The notes beneath the pieces are model-generated. The model saw only the letters and a program-made list of their open reading frames with translations. It made no database searches and was not told the DNA's origin. Below are positions 52,670 to 64,000 of a DNA stretch of 64,000 nt, in pieces. The stretch comes from Lingula anatina. Lineage: Eukaryota > Animalia > Brachiopoda. The stretch's first letter is position 1. Each line of letters starts with the position of its first letter. Location of the stretch: contig CM120642.1 of the NCBI GenBank assembly GCA_051362555.1, forward strand, positions 10,416,001 to 10,480,000, given 5' to 3'. The position numbers and the translations under genes are program-made.

Positions 52670-53848
52670 TACATACTATACTGATGACAAGCATCTATTA
52701 CCCCATTCACACTAGCACTTTTAACCCCCGTCAAGGCCTGACCTCGGTCCCATCGCGGTTAACTTTTCTAATGTGAATGGACAACATAGTCCTGACCGCG
52801 GTCGAAATAAACCCAGATCGGGAGGTGGGTATAATCGGAGTAAACTCCTGACCGCGGTCAAGACCGGATGTCTACATATGAAGCGCACGTGCACAAGTGT
52901 ATCGTCATTTGAGCTCCCGCCAAGTTGCACAGATTCTAGTAAGAGCGCATGCTTGACAAGAAGTACGCTTGCTGAGATTCAACTGCTACTGATCGCTGCC
53001 GGTGTCAGTGTGAACGCGGTTTGGACGCGGTTTGGTTGACCGCAATTTAATTGGAGTAAACTCGACCGCAGTAAACGTTCTAATGCGAATGGCCTATATG
53101 TTTTCCGTCAGAAGAACTACCTTTATAAGCACTGGTGTAGCCTTTCTTAGTAATTCTAGGTTAATCTCCAGATCTCCTAGTTTTAATGGAAGTTTTCCAA
53201 GTTGCTGCACTTGCTGGTTCAGATCTTCTCTATAAGGCTTGCACTGTGCCTGAGTATACACCTGCGATTAAGATTTTATGAAAAAGTTACCATTTTAAGG
53301 GGTTAAACATATGAAATACTGCATGTATGGTAATTATTTCAATTTTCATTCAGTTCATGAGTATCTTTTTATGTTAATCAATTGGTCATGGTTCAATATG
53401 TATGGCATTATGTGAATATGTCAATACATATTAAGAGGGATGTGGTTAAATATAAATAAATAAATTTATTAACTTAGCCAGCACGACATCCCTTAGCATA
53501 AGTATTCATGCATTAGCAATGCTATTTACATCTTTTCTTTTTTCTTTCAAAATGTATATACTGAGTACCACATGATACCAGTGCTAATCATAATCAATGG
53601 GTGCATTTTTCTGCGAGGCACCCACCTATTCCTTTACTGGAAGGAAAGATGAAGGATTGATGTCTTAAAAACTGGATAATTGGATTTATTCAGAAAGTAT
53701 GTAAACTGTGTACCTGTTCACAGTAGGTTGCCCACTGTAAAGCATTGTCCAGGGCCTGCTGGTCCCATGTCTCGACATCAGGTGACCGAGCACTTTGTAA
53801 CACTTCCAAAAATGAGTAGATATTCTTCAGAATAGTCTTCAAGGACAT
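50252..53848 (-). CDS. FANCF: Fanconi anemia group F protein, 8 coding exons, about 367 aa
   Basis: Exons (-): 53848-53714, 53261-53121, 52417-52325, 52127-51940, 51706-51649, 51403-51273 (alternative donor gives 51267), 50928-50770, 50450-50252. Phases are consistent, 1104 nt. Family motifs occur in order: FLEVLQSARSPDVETWDQQALDNALQWATY (cf. human VSTWDPATVRRALQWARY), SLVQNPQL, TQACLLLRHI, VPPSLLCQV...YMDHLTEWAQSM...YD, FQGLCEHP, NIWTDLL (cf. SIWTDLL). Confidence 0.9.
51343..51358 (-). promoter_or_regulatory. CTCF-like motif CCTGCAGAGGGCAGCA in reverse orientation, inside a FANCF exon
   Basis: The reverse complement of tgctgccctctgcagg matches the CTCF core. It lies in coding sequence, so it may be coincidental. 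Confidence 0.3.
52612..52666. repeat. (TAAA)n microsatellite in FANCF intron 2
   Basis: Direct reading. Confidence 0.95.
52701..53094. mobile_element. Non-autonomous DNA transposon (PIF/Harbinger-like termini) in FANCF intron 2
   Basis: Left ccattcacactagcactttta versus reverse complement of right end ccattcgcattagaacgttta (17/21). TA on both flanks. Internal inverted TIR copy ctaatgtgaatgg, and subrepeats tcctgaccgcggtc x2 and ggagtaaactc x2. CpG-rich against CpG-poor host introns. Confidence 0.7.
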
Positions 53849-54881
<1,033 letters not shown>

Positions 54882-57800
54882 ATGGCGTTTCAGAGAGAAC
54901 TTGATGATATGGCTAAAGCCAAACTTGGTGATTTAATAGCACGTCAGAAAAATGTTGGGGGTAAAAGTGTCACCAATGATTTAAAAATGAATCATGAACT
55001 GGAAGAACAGACTGCAGAAAACCTCACCAGAAAAGAACAAGTTGCTGCAATGAAATCAGTTATACTTCAAAAAGCTCTTGAAAAAGCAGACAGTTTGAAT
55101 GTCTACAGGAGCCCAGTTTCAGCCAACAGCATGCATTCAGAACACAACAATCAAGACACTGCATTAACCTGTGACAGGGAAGTGGCCTCCTGGTTGAGAA
55201 CCCTGCACCTTCAAAATGCTGAGAAATATCTGAAGATTTTTGCAGAGCATGAGATAGACATGCAGAGTTTGAAGTTGTTGAGGGAGAAAGACCTTAGAAG
55301 TATGGGAATTGCTGCAGTGGGAGCCATCAGTAAGATTCTCTTTGCTATAAAAGAGCTACAAGGAGAGGATTTTAAGAACCCAATTTATTCTACAAATAAG
55401 GATTTTAGTGAGATGGATTATACCAGAGATGTTGCTGGGGTCAGTAGACATGATAAAAGGAGTCAACAGAGGAAAAGGAAAGGTCCTTCTGCCAATATAC
55501 AAAATGCCTTACAAGATCAATCATGTAAGTAGGGCTAGGACTTTATTTGCTATATGATGACAGTCACTATCAAGTATGGTGTAAACTCTATTGATTAAGG
55601 TTTGCCCCATTGGTGTTGGCTGTATGCTCACTAGTAAGAAAATTATGGTTCAGTTAGCATTTAGGAAGTTATGTTAGAAATGATAAGAAAAAGAGGACCT
55701 GGCCAAACTTGGTGAGTTGGTTTACCAAAGCACTTCCCAGAGCAGGTATAAAGTGCACAATTTTCTTGTTAGAGAGTATTCCATCCCCTTCCTGTTACTC
55801 AAAAATATCGAAGACTCTTCATACCAAGGTCACATAACCAATATCTTTATCTTATTATTTAAGGTTTGAACCATGGATCCAAGGTGGCAGATGATCAGAG
55901 TGAAGCACAGAGACAACAGATTCTGATGGCAGCTAGAAAAAATGCACGTGACAAGTTGGCTGCTAGACATGTGGCAAGGATGAAAGGAGAAGTGCAGGTT
56001 ATTATACTGATCTTTGATGTTATTGAAATGCTAGTCACAGGGGAGGATCCAGAGTTATTTTCTGACAGTCTTCCAATTTATCTTTGTTGATCCATCCTCC
56101 ATTTTTGACCGTCTTCCGACAGAAAAAATTAGATACCCGTCAATGTAAACTTGAAAATCTGACCGTCTTCCGGAAGACCCAGAAGACGCCCTAAATCCGC
56201 CCCTGAGTCAGTAAATTAGTGAGTAGGTGGGTGGATAAATGAGTGATAGTTTTTGGGGATGTAGCAGGAAGAGTAAGAGGAAGAGAATGCAGAATATTGT
56301 ATGGAGAGTTAATTAGTTCATTCATAAAAGGAGCCGAAAAAATTAAAATAAAATCAGATGGTTAGCCGAGTAGAAAAAATTATGAGAAAGGTTTAAACAC
56401 AAACATGGAATGATTATTTGATATGTACTACAAATCTTGTGCAATTCCACTATAACAGTTCAGATGGCCATAATGAGTTGTATCATTCTGTGTTTTAGGA
56501 AGAAGAAGCTGCTAGGAAAGAAGCCTTAGTAAAGTGGGGCAGTCACCAGAAAAATGGCCAAAGTGTGCGGCAGGTCCTCAAAGAAGTATCAAAAAATGCA
56601 GAACTAAGAAAAGGTATCACTTTGTCAGGTATATACTAAGTTCATACTGTCTATTGTTTTGCCAAATAGTGTAAATATATCTGTTAATCCAAACTGTTAC
56701 GATTATATCATAAATAATCGTTTGAATAATGTATAGTGATTTTTCTGTAGTTAATTTAAAAGTATACACCATACACCAGATAAGTAACTACATGTAGCTC
56801 TGACTTAATATGCCTATTTTTTAAATGAATACTCCACTATCTTTCTTTCTTTATATATCTATTTTAGTTAAAAAATTGTCTCTGTTATCTTGTTATCTTG
56901 TAGGTTCTCGTTTGAGTAAAAAACCACCAGCTCCTGATGTACAGCCAAAAGCTAATGATGTAAACAGACAAAAGATGGAAAAGCTTAAACCAGCAAGAAG
57001 AAAAAGGTCAATGCCTGATACAAGGAACTTTCTTCAAGTCCCCAAGGAAGCAGATGGAAGTATGATGAATACCAGTAAAATTTAAACACCATTTTTTTCA
57101 AACATTTTATTATTGTAAGATATATTTCTTTTAAAGTATACTTAATAAATACTTACTTTCTGACCTGGACCCAACTCACTATTTTAAGTTATTTAATCAA
57201 AATTTAAAGAATTAAAGAGGAAGGTATGTGATAGTTTTTCAAATTTGTTTAAAGCTTTAAAATAATTACTATTCATATTTCAGGTGGAGGTAATAGGGCA
57301 GATAATGCTGAACTAAAGGCAGGAGCAGCACAAAACAAAAAATGTGATCGTTTACGAAGAGCATCCGTACAGGCAGAAGATATGCTGATTCAGTTGGAAT
57401 CTAAGGTAAAAAACCTTACAGTTATATTTGTTACACCATCACACACATTGATATAATACAAAATACTCCTTTTTAAAAGGGGAAATTTAACTGTGAGACA
57501 TGTTCAAGTGAATCATTGTGTGTTAAATTTTGTTATATTTATATTTAAGATGGGAGAACTGCAGCGCAGAGCCTCAATGGACATGTCTGTATCGGAGCAA
57601 ACTCTGGATGTCTTACAGCAGCAACTGGCCCAGCTACAGGAACACTATAAAGAAAAACAGCAAAGGATTCAGCAAAGAGAACAACAGAAAGTAAACCAAG
57701 AAGGACAAGAGGATGATGAGTCACCTGGAACTCAGGGACAACAACTACAGCACACTAGTTATGATCTGCAGCATGCATTGCAGTATCAGGAGCAACAATT

Positions 57801-60800
57801 GAAACCTTCCCAGTATGAAGAGAACAGTCAACAACAGCATGAACAGGTTTATCAGCAAATACTAAAGCATTCTCTTGGCAGTGAGATTACTTATGAGCCA
57901 CATTGCCCTCCACAACAAAATCAGCAGCTCTGGGCTATACCAAGTGACAAATTATATCAGCATGGTCCAGAGACAAATGCTGCTCTGAGAGTCACCTCAA
58001 ATTACTTGGGTCAGTCTGCTGATACAGTAAGCATTAATCACCCCCCTGCACTGTCAGAGAGAGGACTCGTTATAAAGCAAGAGCTTCTGGAGAATATGAG
58101 GAAACAGAAGGAGAAACAGAGGGAGGAAATAAAGTAAGTTTAATTTCTTCATTTGACTATATTTGACAGATCTTAGGTGTCAAAAAATATTGGTTATGAT
58201 GACATGTTTTAATATATTTAAATATTGGGAAATAATAAACAATCACAAAAAATCAGTATTTTATTTCAAACATCCTTTATAATCATTAAATACATTTTCA
58301 AGATATTTGATGGGTAAAAATATAAGTTTAGTAAGTTGCGTTTAAGACTGCACATTTCCCTTTTTGCTATTCAGAAACATAAACCACATGGTGAGTTACA
58401 ATAAAAAATTTCAAAGAATAACAAACCATAAAACTCATGGTTTTTATATTTGGAAAATAGAATTATAAATTCTACAAAGGGAATTTACCAGATGTTCATA
58501 ATTCTATTCACTGATACTTCTTTTCACATCATTTGTGAACATAATCTCATCATTGGTTCCCTGAAGAATGTGACAACTGTGAATACCCCCAGTCCCCTCA
58601 AAGCACTCTCTGCAGAGTTCAAACCCCCCACACTGCATGCAGCTATAATGAGGCTCTGGCATATCTATCAAGCAGACTTCACACCAGTGGCTGGTCAAAT
58701 CAATGGACATGGACAGCTCATTAATAACATCATCAAAATCTGCCCCAGGAAGGTAATAATTTCCAATAAAAGAACACTGGGTGGATGCATTGTGACAGGA
58801 CTTGGTGTTTTGATAATTCATGTTGCTGCCATTTATGTTGTTATTGTCATAGGTCTGTACACTGGCATGTTTAAGAAATGTGAGACCAATAGTTCCTCTA
58901 CAGAAGGTACACACATGATAATCTTCACTACAACAGATATTGCTTATACTACTTATATTGTCAGCATGTGTGTGGCCAGTGCCGTCCATTTTCACAATAG
59001 TTTGGTTTATATGAGACCTGATGGATGGATCTCTGGCTGGGATCCAGTTTGAGTTGTACTGATACGTAGGTACATGTAATTCAGTTTTAGTAGGGGAGGC
59101 CATCCCATGCTGAGTGGATTTGTCATTATGCTTCTCAACTCTTTGATCTGTAGGAGGGCCATCTATCGGATATTTTCTGGCAGGGTCTTCTCCTTGAAAT
59201 TTTGAGGACTGTTGCTGGTCTGAGAACATTTCATCTTGTGTAACGTTGTCAGGGGGTGGCGTGACCACTATACGAGGTATGAGAGACATGGTGTGCTTTA
59301 CTGTTTGCGACTCAATGGCGGACTGAATAGAGCACTCACTAGAACTTCGGCTGCATGTTCTCTCTCTTTGGCTCCCCAAAGTTTGTTTTTGTTTCTGTTC
59401 ATCGTAGTGTAGACCTAGAGTCGCCCTGTCACCAGGTACATTCTGTGGCCATGTTCTTTGACTGGTGTTTTGATATGATTGATCTGCTGATTTCTCCTCA
59501 AAGCCTATGGTATGGTCTTCATTGAGAAGACCATCATTGATGGGAATGGTATGGGAGTGCTTGTTTTCATCATTTTGCTGTGCACAGGCTGAAGCATAGT
59601 AGATAGAATTCTCCCCATCACTTGAAGATTCTCTCTTCTTAAACTCTTCCCAGTTTGGATTCCAAATCACATGCCCATCATCATTGAGCTGACTGGACTT
59701 GAAGGGCTTTGTGTGACCTTGGTCATCATCAGAGCGGGACATTTTGTGACCAGCCCCTCCTGCCTTGGACCAGTGAAGAATGACTGTAACTCCACCATTG
59801 TCCTCTGCATGTATTTTCCAATTTATCAGTTGCTTTTCATCATTGAAATATGCCAAACTGGCTTCCAGTGGCTTGGGGAGATCCAGTACTATCATTGTCA
59901 ATATGTCCCTGTTGTTATAAAAGAGATTTGGATTTTTTTTTTACTCCTTTCTTTGGAAGACTAAATGTCCAGTCAAGAAAACTAAGTAATACAGTTTTAG
60001 CAAATAAACCAGCATGAATCACCTACACTGTACCAAATTTTGTTTTGTTCTAATAAGTGAATGTTGTTGTAACAGCTGTACACAACTTTCAAACACATTT
60101 TGTTTCTTACACGTTATGCCTTCATATATCCAATATTCGATTTCTGTTCTCTTTGATTAGACTGAGTATTATCTAGGTGTTGTAAACAACCCTGGAATTA
60201 TTACACTTTACACAGTCCAGTGCTTAAATAGGGTTAAGTTATGTAATAGCCTTTGATTGTTGAAATTTGCACCCATGTCAATTGTCAATATTATGTTTTG
60301 TTGAATATATATTATGTCACAAAATCTATTGTTGCCTGACCAAACAGTAAGGGGATAGGTTAGGGGAAGGTGTTTTGATTTGCAAAACAACAATGCTTAT
60401 ACAAAGCATTTGCTCATACGAAGCTACCGTTTTGAAAAAGGAAGGTAGCACTAAATTCCTGTACTGTGTATTGAAGATATTAAAAAAAAATTAAAGTGTA
60501 TAATTAAAGCGTGTGCCTAATATGAAATGGCAACATCTTTTGAGGAGCACTGTTTTCATTTGACATTTGCTCGTAGCGTCTTTAAAAAGAGGTATATTTT
60601 GAATGTTACTTGCATATTTTTATGTATCATTTATTTTAACCTGTGCACCAGTTATTTTCATAGTATTTTATTTAAATGAGCAAGTAGAACAAACTTGTGC
60701 TAATTTTGCACAGCTGTGAAAACTAAACTTTATGAATATATTGTGAATGAAACTGTTATGCAATGGGGCAAATTCTTTCACTCTATTTGTTTTATTTTGT

Positions 60801-63800
60801 AGGTATCTAGAGGACCAGCTCAGTCAAATGAAGTACAGGGACAGAGTTAATCATAATGAAATACCTAAAGGAGACATTTTATTTGATGAAGCAGGTGATA
60901 TTTGCATCTCAAAAAAAAGTTTATTATTCACAACTTGATAGCTATTGTGGTTGATGATTATTTCTCTCAAGTTTATTTGTATTTGAATACAATCTTACAA
61001 TTCTAAAATGCATGGATTTTTTCATTTAAAGTGCAATAACATTGCTGTGATTCCTATGTTTTATCATATAGCTTTTATGTTTAGGAAAAGATAAAGTCAT
61101 TTTGTAATAAATTTGCAATAAATGTGCCCATTAAAATTTATGGTTTTAATTTTAAAAATTTTTGAGTCAAGGGAAAATTCTAAAGCAGGATCATGTTTGA
61201 GTAAAAAAAGACTTGTCATGGTCCATTTATAGAACTGTTTTACCATATATTTAGGGAATGCATTGAAAAAAAACTGGTTAAATATGTGTATAATATGTGT
61301 ATATTTGTGGTGCTTCAGATCTGCTAGGAGAGGGCACTTTCTGCCAAGTGTTTAGAGGGACATACAGGAACTCAGAGGTGGCTGTGAAGAGACTGCAGGT
61401 GCCCCTGGCAGCACAGGACAGGAATTATTTTACTGCTGAGGTGTTTAGTCTTATTATTTTTTTTTTTCAGTAAATTTTCTATAAATTTTTTATGCTAAAT
61501 AAATGTCAAATTATGGCACTGCTGATACGTAATTAGTAATTGTCACATTGTTTGTAAAATAATTGTTCAGTGATTAAAATAAGAAATTTGACAAAGGATG
61601 AGAGTTTTTACTTTGACATAATGAATTAGTGTAGACATTTTAAGATACTGGCTATCTAAATTATATAAAATTTGTGAAAGGTTACAAGGATTAAATGTCA
61701 ATGAATTATCTTGGTCCAGTTTTCTCTGCATCAACAATACACAGCAATTTCTTCTGGTACCATAAATATTAATCCAGCTCTATATATAATTAGGTGAACT
61801 TACTTCAAGAATTGCGTCACCCCAGAGTGGTTCTCCTCCTTGGTGCAAGCACAAAAACTCGTCTTCCTCTAATGGTACTGGAGTTCATGTCCCAGGGCAG
61901 TCTTCACGAGTATCTTCACGACAGTTCAAGGTGAGTGACACATCCTGGGCAGAGTTAGCACTGCTGGGGGCAGGGTCACGAAAGAACCTGAAACTTCAGT
62001 TTTCAGTACATTTTTATCTAAGAAGTGACATATCATATCTGAAAACAGCCAGGATAAAAAGTAGTTCTTTTGATATTATATCCCACAGCCTTGTCAATAG
62101 ATGAGGGTTTTTTTTGTTTTGTTTATTTTTTTCATTAAAGAGTCCCTATGTGCACTTGATCTGTATGTCGTAGCATTTTTCTAATGAAGTGCCATCTTAT
62201 ATACTTCTTTATTCTTTACACTGTGTATTTACCACATGACCAGTGATACTCTTTTCATGTTGTTTTTAGATGGTTTACATTTCCTGTTATTTTGATATGA
62301 TTGCATATGTAATTTTAAAAATGTTAAATACGATATTTTTATATAATCCCAGGTATAGTACATACACATATGGAGCATCAGTGTAAGAAAAAAACCCGAA
62401 CTTGTAATTCATTCTATTCCAGACCTCCTCTGAACCATGTGAGTTACTACCAGATCTCACGTGATGTGGCTCTAGGGATGAACTACCTACACAGACACAA
62501 GCCTGTGGTACTGGTGCTGGAGCTCAACACTACACACATCTTGCTGGGGGGAAATGGGAGGGCTAAGGTGTCAGGATTTGGCTTCTCCAAGCTCAAGTGA
62601 GAATGTTGAATAGTTTCATTTATTCAGCTATGTTTTAATAAATAAATAAAATTCCATTTGCTATAGAAAAAATAGCTTAGTTAATTTTTCAAGTATGAAT
62701 GCTTTAATAGAATTTTCGTGTGTTTTGAGTTGTGCATCAGTTAAAAGCACCTCGAGTTTCAGAAAACCCAGTTGTCCTTTAATCAAGCCTCTGCCATTTC
62801 CAGTTGCTGTGTTCATAAGTTACAATGAGTGATCTCTTAAACTCAGTGTGTCTAAAAGTATTATGCGGTAAGTTTAAAAGTTAAAATTCAAGAGCCAAAC
62901 AGGGGATGGCAATGCAATCCTGCTGCCACTTTTTGTGCTGAACATTTACCTCATGATTTTCATGTGATGAATAACTTGTGTTCCAGACATGATGCCCAGC
63001 TTGCTGCCTCTTCACCTGCTGCCTGCAACCCTGCCTGGATGGCCCCTGAGTTGCTTAGCAACCATGATGTCACTACCAAAGCAGACGTTTACAGTTATGG
63101 AATTGTACTCTGGGAAATGCTGACAAGGCAGATACCCTATGATGGGCTCTCTATGTATCAGGTATACAGTCATATAACTTAACAACTTGTGGCAATATGA
63201 CCTGGTGGCCCAAAATGCCTGTATTTTTTTCAGAGTATATCTTTGAATCACATAATTGTAAAACAACGAAATATAGAAGTGTATGAAAAATATTTGCTTT
63301 AATTTCTTTTAGATTATTGTTTCATCAAAATCAAGCCAAATAAATTTGCTTATATTTTTTCAAAAAAAAGAACAGTTTTATGTATTCTTATGAATATGAA
63401 TATAAAACCTAAATGCTCACATAAATAATTAATTTTTTTCAATTCAACTTTTTAAGGTTTTAGAACGAGTGAGGTCCAACCAAAGGCCTCCTTTGCCACC
63501 GTCATGTCCTGAGAGTCTGTCTTTGCTGATCTCCAAGTGCTGGCACCAGACACCTGGCAAAAGACCCCATTTTAAGGTAGACTCATAGAGGTGGCAGATG
63601 GGCTGGTTCTTTTATTATTTATTTTTTATGCCAAATTAGAAACGAGTCCGTTACAGAAGTTGAAAAATGTTATTTTCTGCTGTACCTAAATTCTGTCAGG
63701 ACACAGACTGGTAGTTTTCATGCTATTGCTTGTTCCCATATAGATGTACACTTTAATTTAATAATTTAATTCTCATGTTAATTAAGAAAATTGTTGAAAA

Positions 63801-64000
63801 AGATGGAATCAAAATCTACTTATTATTCTTGAGTCTACCCCATAAAATTTATAATCTCTATTTATTTTAGATGAGATAGGCATACACTTCTAACAAAGAC
63901 GCAATCCTTAATTCTGTTATTTCATTTGCAGGATATCTTAGATATGTTGGAAGACTTATCTTTCCCACCTGAATGGAAGGCAGTGTTTCAAGTGGCATCA
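54882..64000 (+). CDS. SAM domain + coiled-coil/Q-rich region + TKL-family pseudokinase; runs off the window end (more than 886 aa)
   Basis: Exons (+): 54882-55524, 55864-55997, 56499-56628, 56904-57059, 57284-57405, 57550-58133, 60803-60894, 61319-61440, 61794-61930, 62423-62596, 62987-63161, 63457-63576, 63932->64000. All phases are compatible; donors of exons 3 and 4 have in-phase alternatives. SAM: [55 protein letters not shown]. Kinase: [86 protein letters not shown]. Confidence 0.9.
56038..56205. mobile_element. MITE with CAGGGG...CCCCTG termini and a perfect 5-bp TSD
   Basis: Left caggggaggatccag; right end reverse-complements to caggggcggatttag. AGTCA is duplicated at 56033-56037 and 56206-56210. 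Internal repeat tgaccgtcttccg x2. Confidence 0.8.
58260..58265 (-). terminator. Candidate polyadenylation signal of the nested ZZ-finger gene
   Basis: AATAAA on the minus strand about 240 nt after the stop at 58504, still inside the host intron. Confidence 0.45.
58504..59895 (-). CDS. Uncharacterised 463-aa protein with a C-terminal ZZ-type zinc finger, single coding exon, nested antisense in intron 6 of the pseudokinase gene
   Basis: 1.39-kb stop-free frame in AT-rich DNA. First ATG is 59895 (59901 is TTG), just after acceptor caacag|g (59908). C-terminal CEVC...[16 protein letters not shown]....IHSCH fits ZZ spacing (58570-58683). Compact N-terminal module [37 protein letters not shown] and a long disordered middle. 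Confidence 0.85.
   Translation of the reverse strand: MIVLDLPKPLEASLAYFNDEKQLINWKIHAEDNGGVTVILHWSKAGGAGHKMSRSDDDQGHTKPFKSSQLNDDGHVIWNPNWEEFKKRESSSDGENSIYYASACAQQNDENKHSHTIPINDGLLNEDHTIGFEEKSADQSYQNTSQRTWPQNVPGDRATLGLHYDEQKQKQTLGSQRERTCSRSSSECSIQSAIESQTVKHTMSLIPRIVVTPPPDNVTQDEMFSDQQQSSKFQGEDPARKYPIDGPPTDQRVEKHNDKSTQHGMASPTKTELHVPTYQYNSNWIPARDPSIRSHINQTIVKMDGTGHTHADNISSISNICCSEDYHVCTFCRGTIGLTFLKHASVQTYDNNNINGSNMNYQNTKSCHNASTQCSFIGNYYLPGADFDDVINELSMSIDLTSHWCEVCLIDMPEPHYSCMQCGGFELCRECFEGTGGIHSCHILQGTNDEIMFTNDVKRSISE

Noticed and set aside
52721-53235. Three overlapping short ORFs
   Set aside because: They arise from the GC-rich non-autonomous transposon and the antisense of FANCF exon 2; no transposase motifs.
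58450-59052. 200-aa plus-strand hydrophobic ORF (also 59671-59964)
   Set aside because: Antisense to the ZZ-finger CDS with a TTG start; the host splices in phase from 58133 to 60803 without it.

Overview
Eukaryotic, AT-rich, intron-containing genomic DNA from an invertebrate bilaterian, probably a mollusc or other lophotrochozoan (taxon is my inference). Most ORF-track entries are exon fragments, antisense shadows or noise. Splicing by hand with phase checks gives six genes. (1) The 3' part of TMEM33 (+, 4 exons 8338-9759), absent from the ORF track and preceded by a U12-type branch point. (2) A small single-pass membrane protein gene (-, 500-928) nested in that TMEM33 intron. (3) A complete dachshund gene (-, 10 coding exons, 13542-40235, 568 aa) with a 21-kb first intron and about 10 kb of gene-free, CpG-rich upstream DNA. 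(4) An 8-exon FANCF (-, 50252-53848, about 367 aa). (5) Head-to-head with FANCF, a gene of more than 886 aa (+, 54882 to beyond 64000) encoding SAM + coiled-coil/Q-rich region + a TKL-type pseudokinase (HRD to VLE, DFG to GFG), followed by a WASP/PAK-switch-like motif. (6) A ZZ zinc-finger gene with an uninterrupted CDS and a PxIxIT motif, nested antisense in intron 6 of gene 5. Several MITE-like elements, SINE remnants and microsatellites are also present. The best novel candidates are the pseudokinase scaffold with its nested ZZ gene, the intron-rich FANCF, the U12 intron hosting a gene, a uORF stop/start overlap at the dachshund start codon, and convergent CTCF-like motifs bracketing dachshund. 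All calls are by eye, with no database search.
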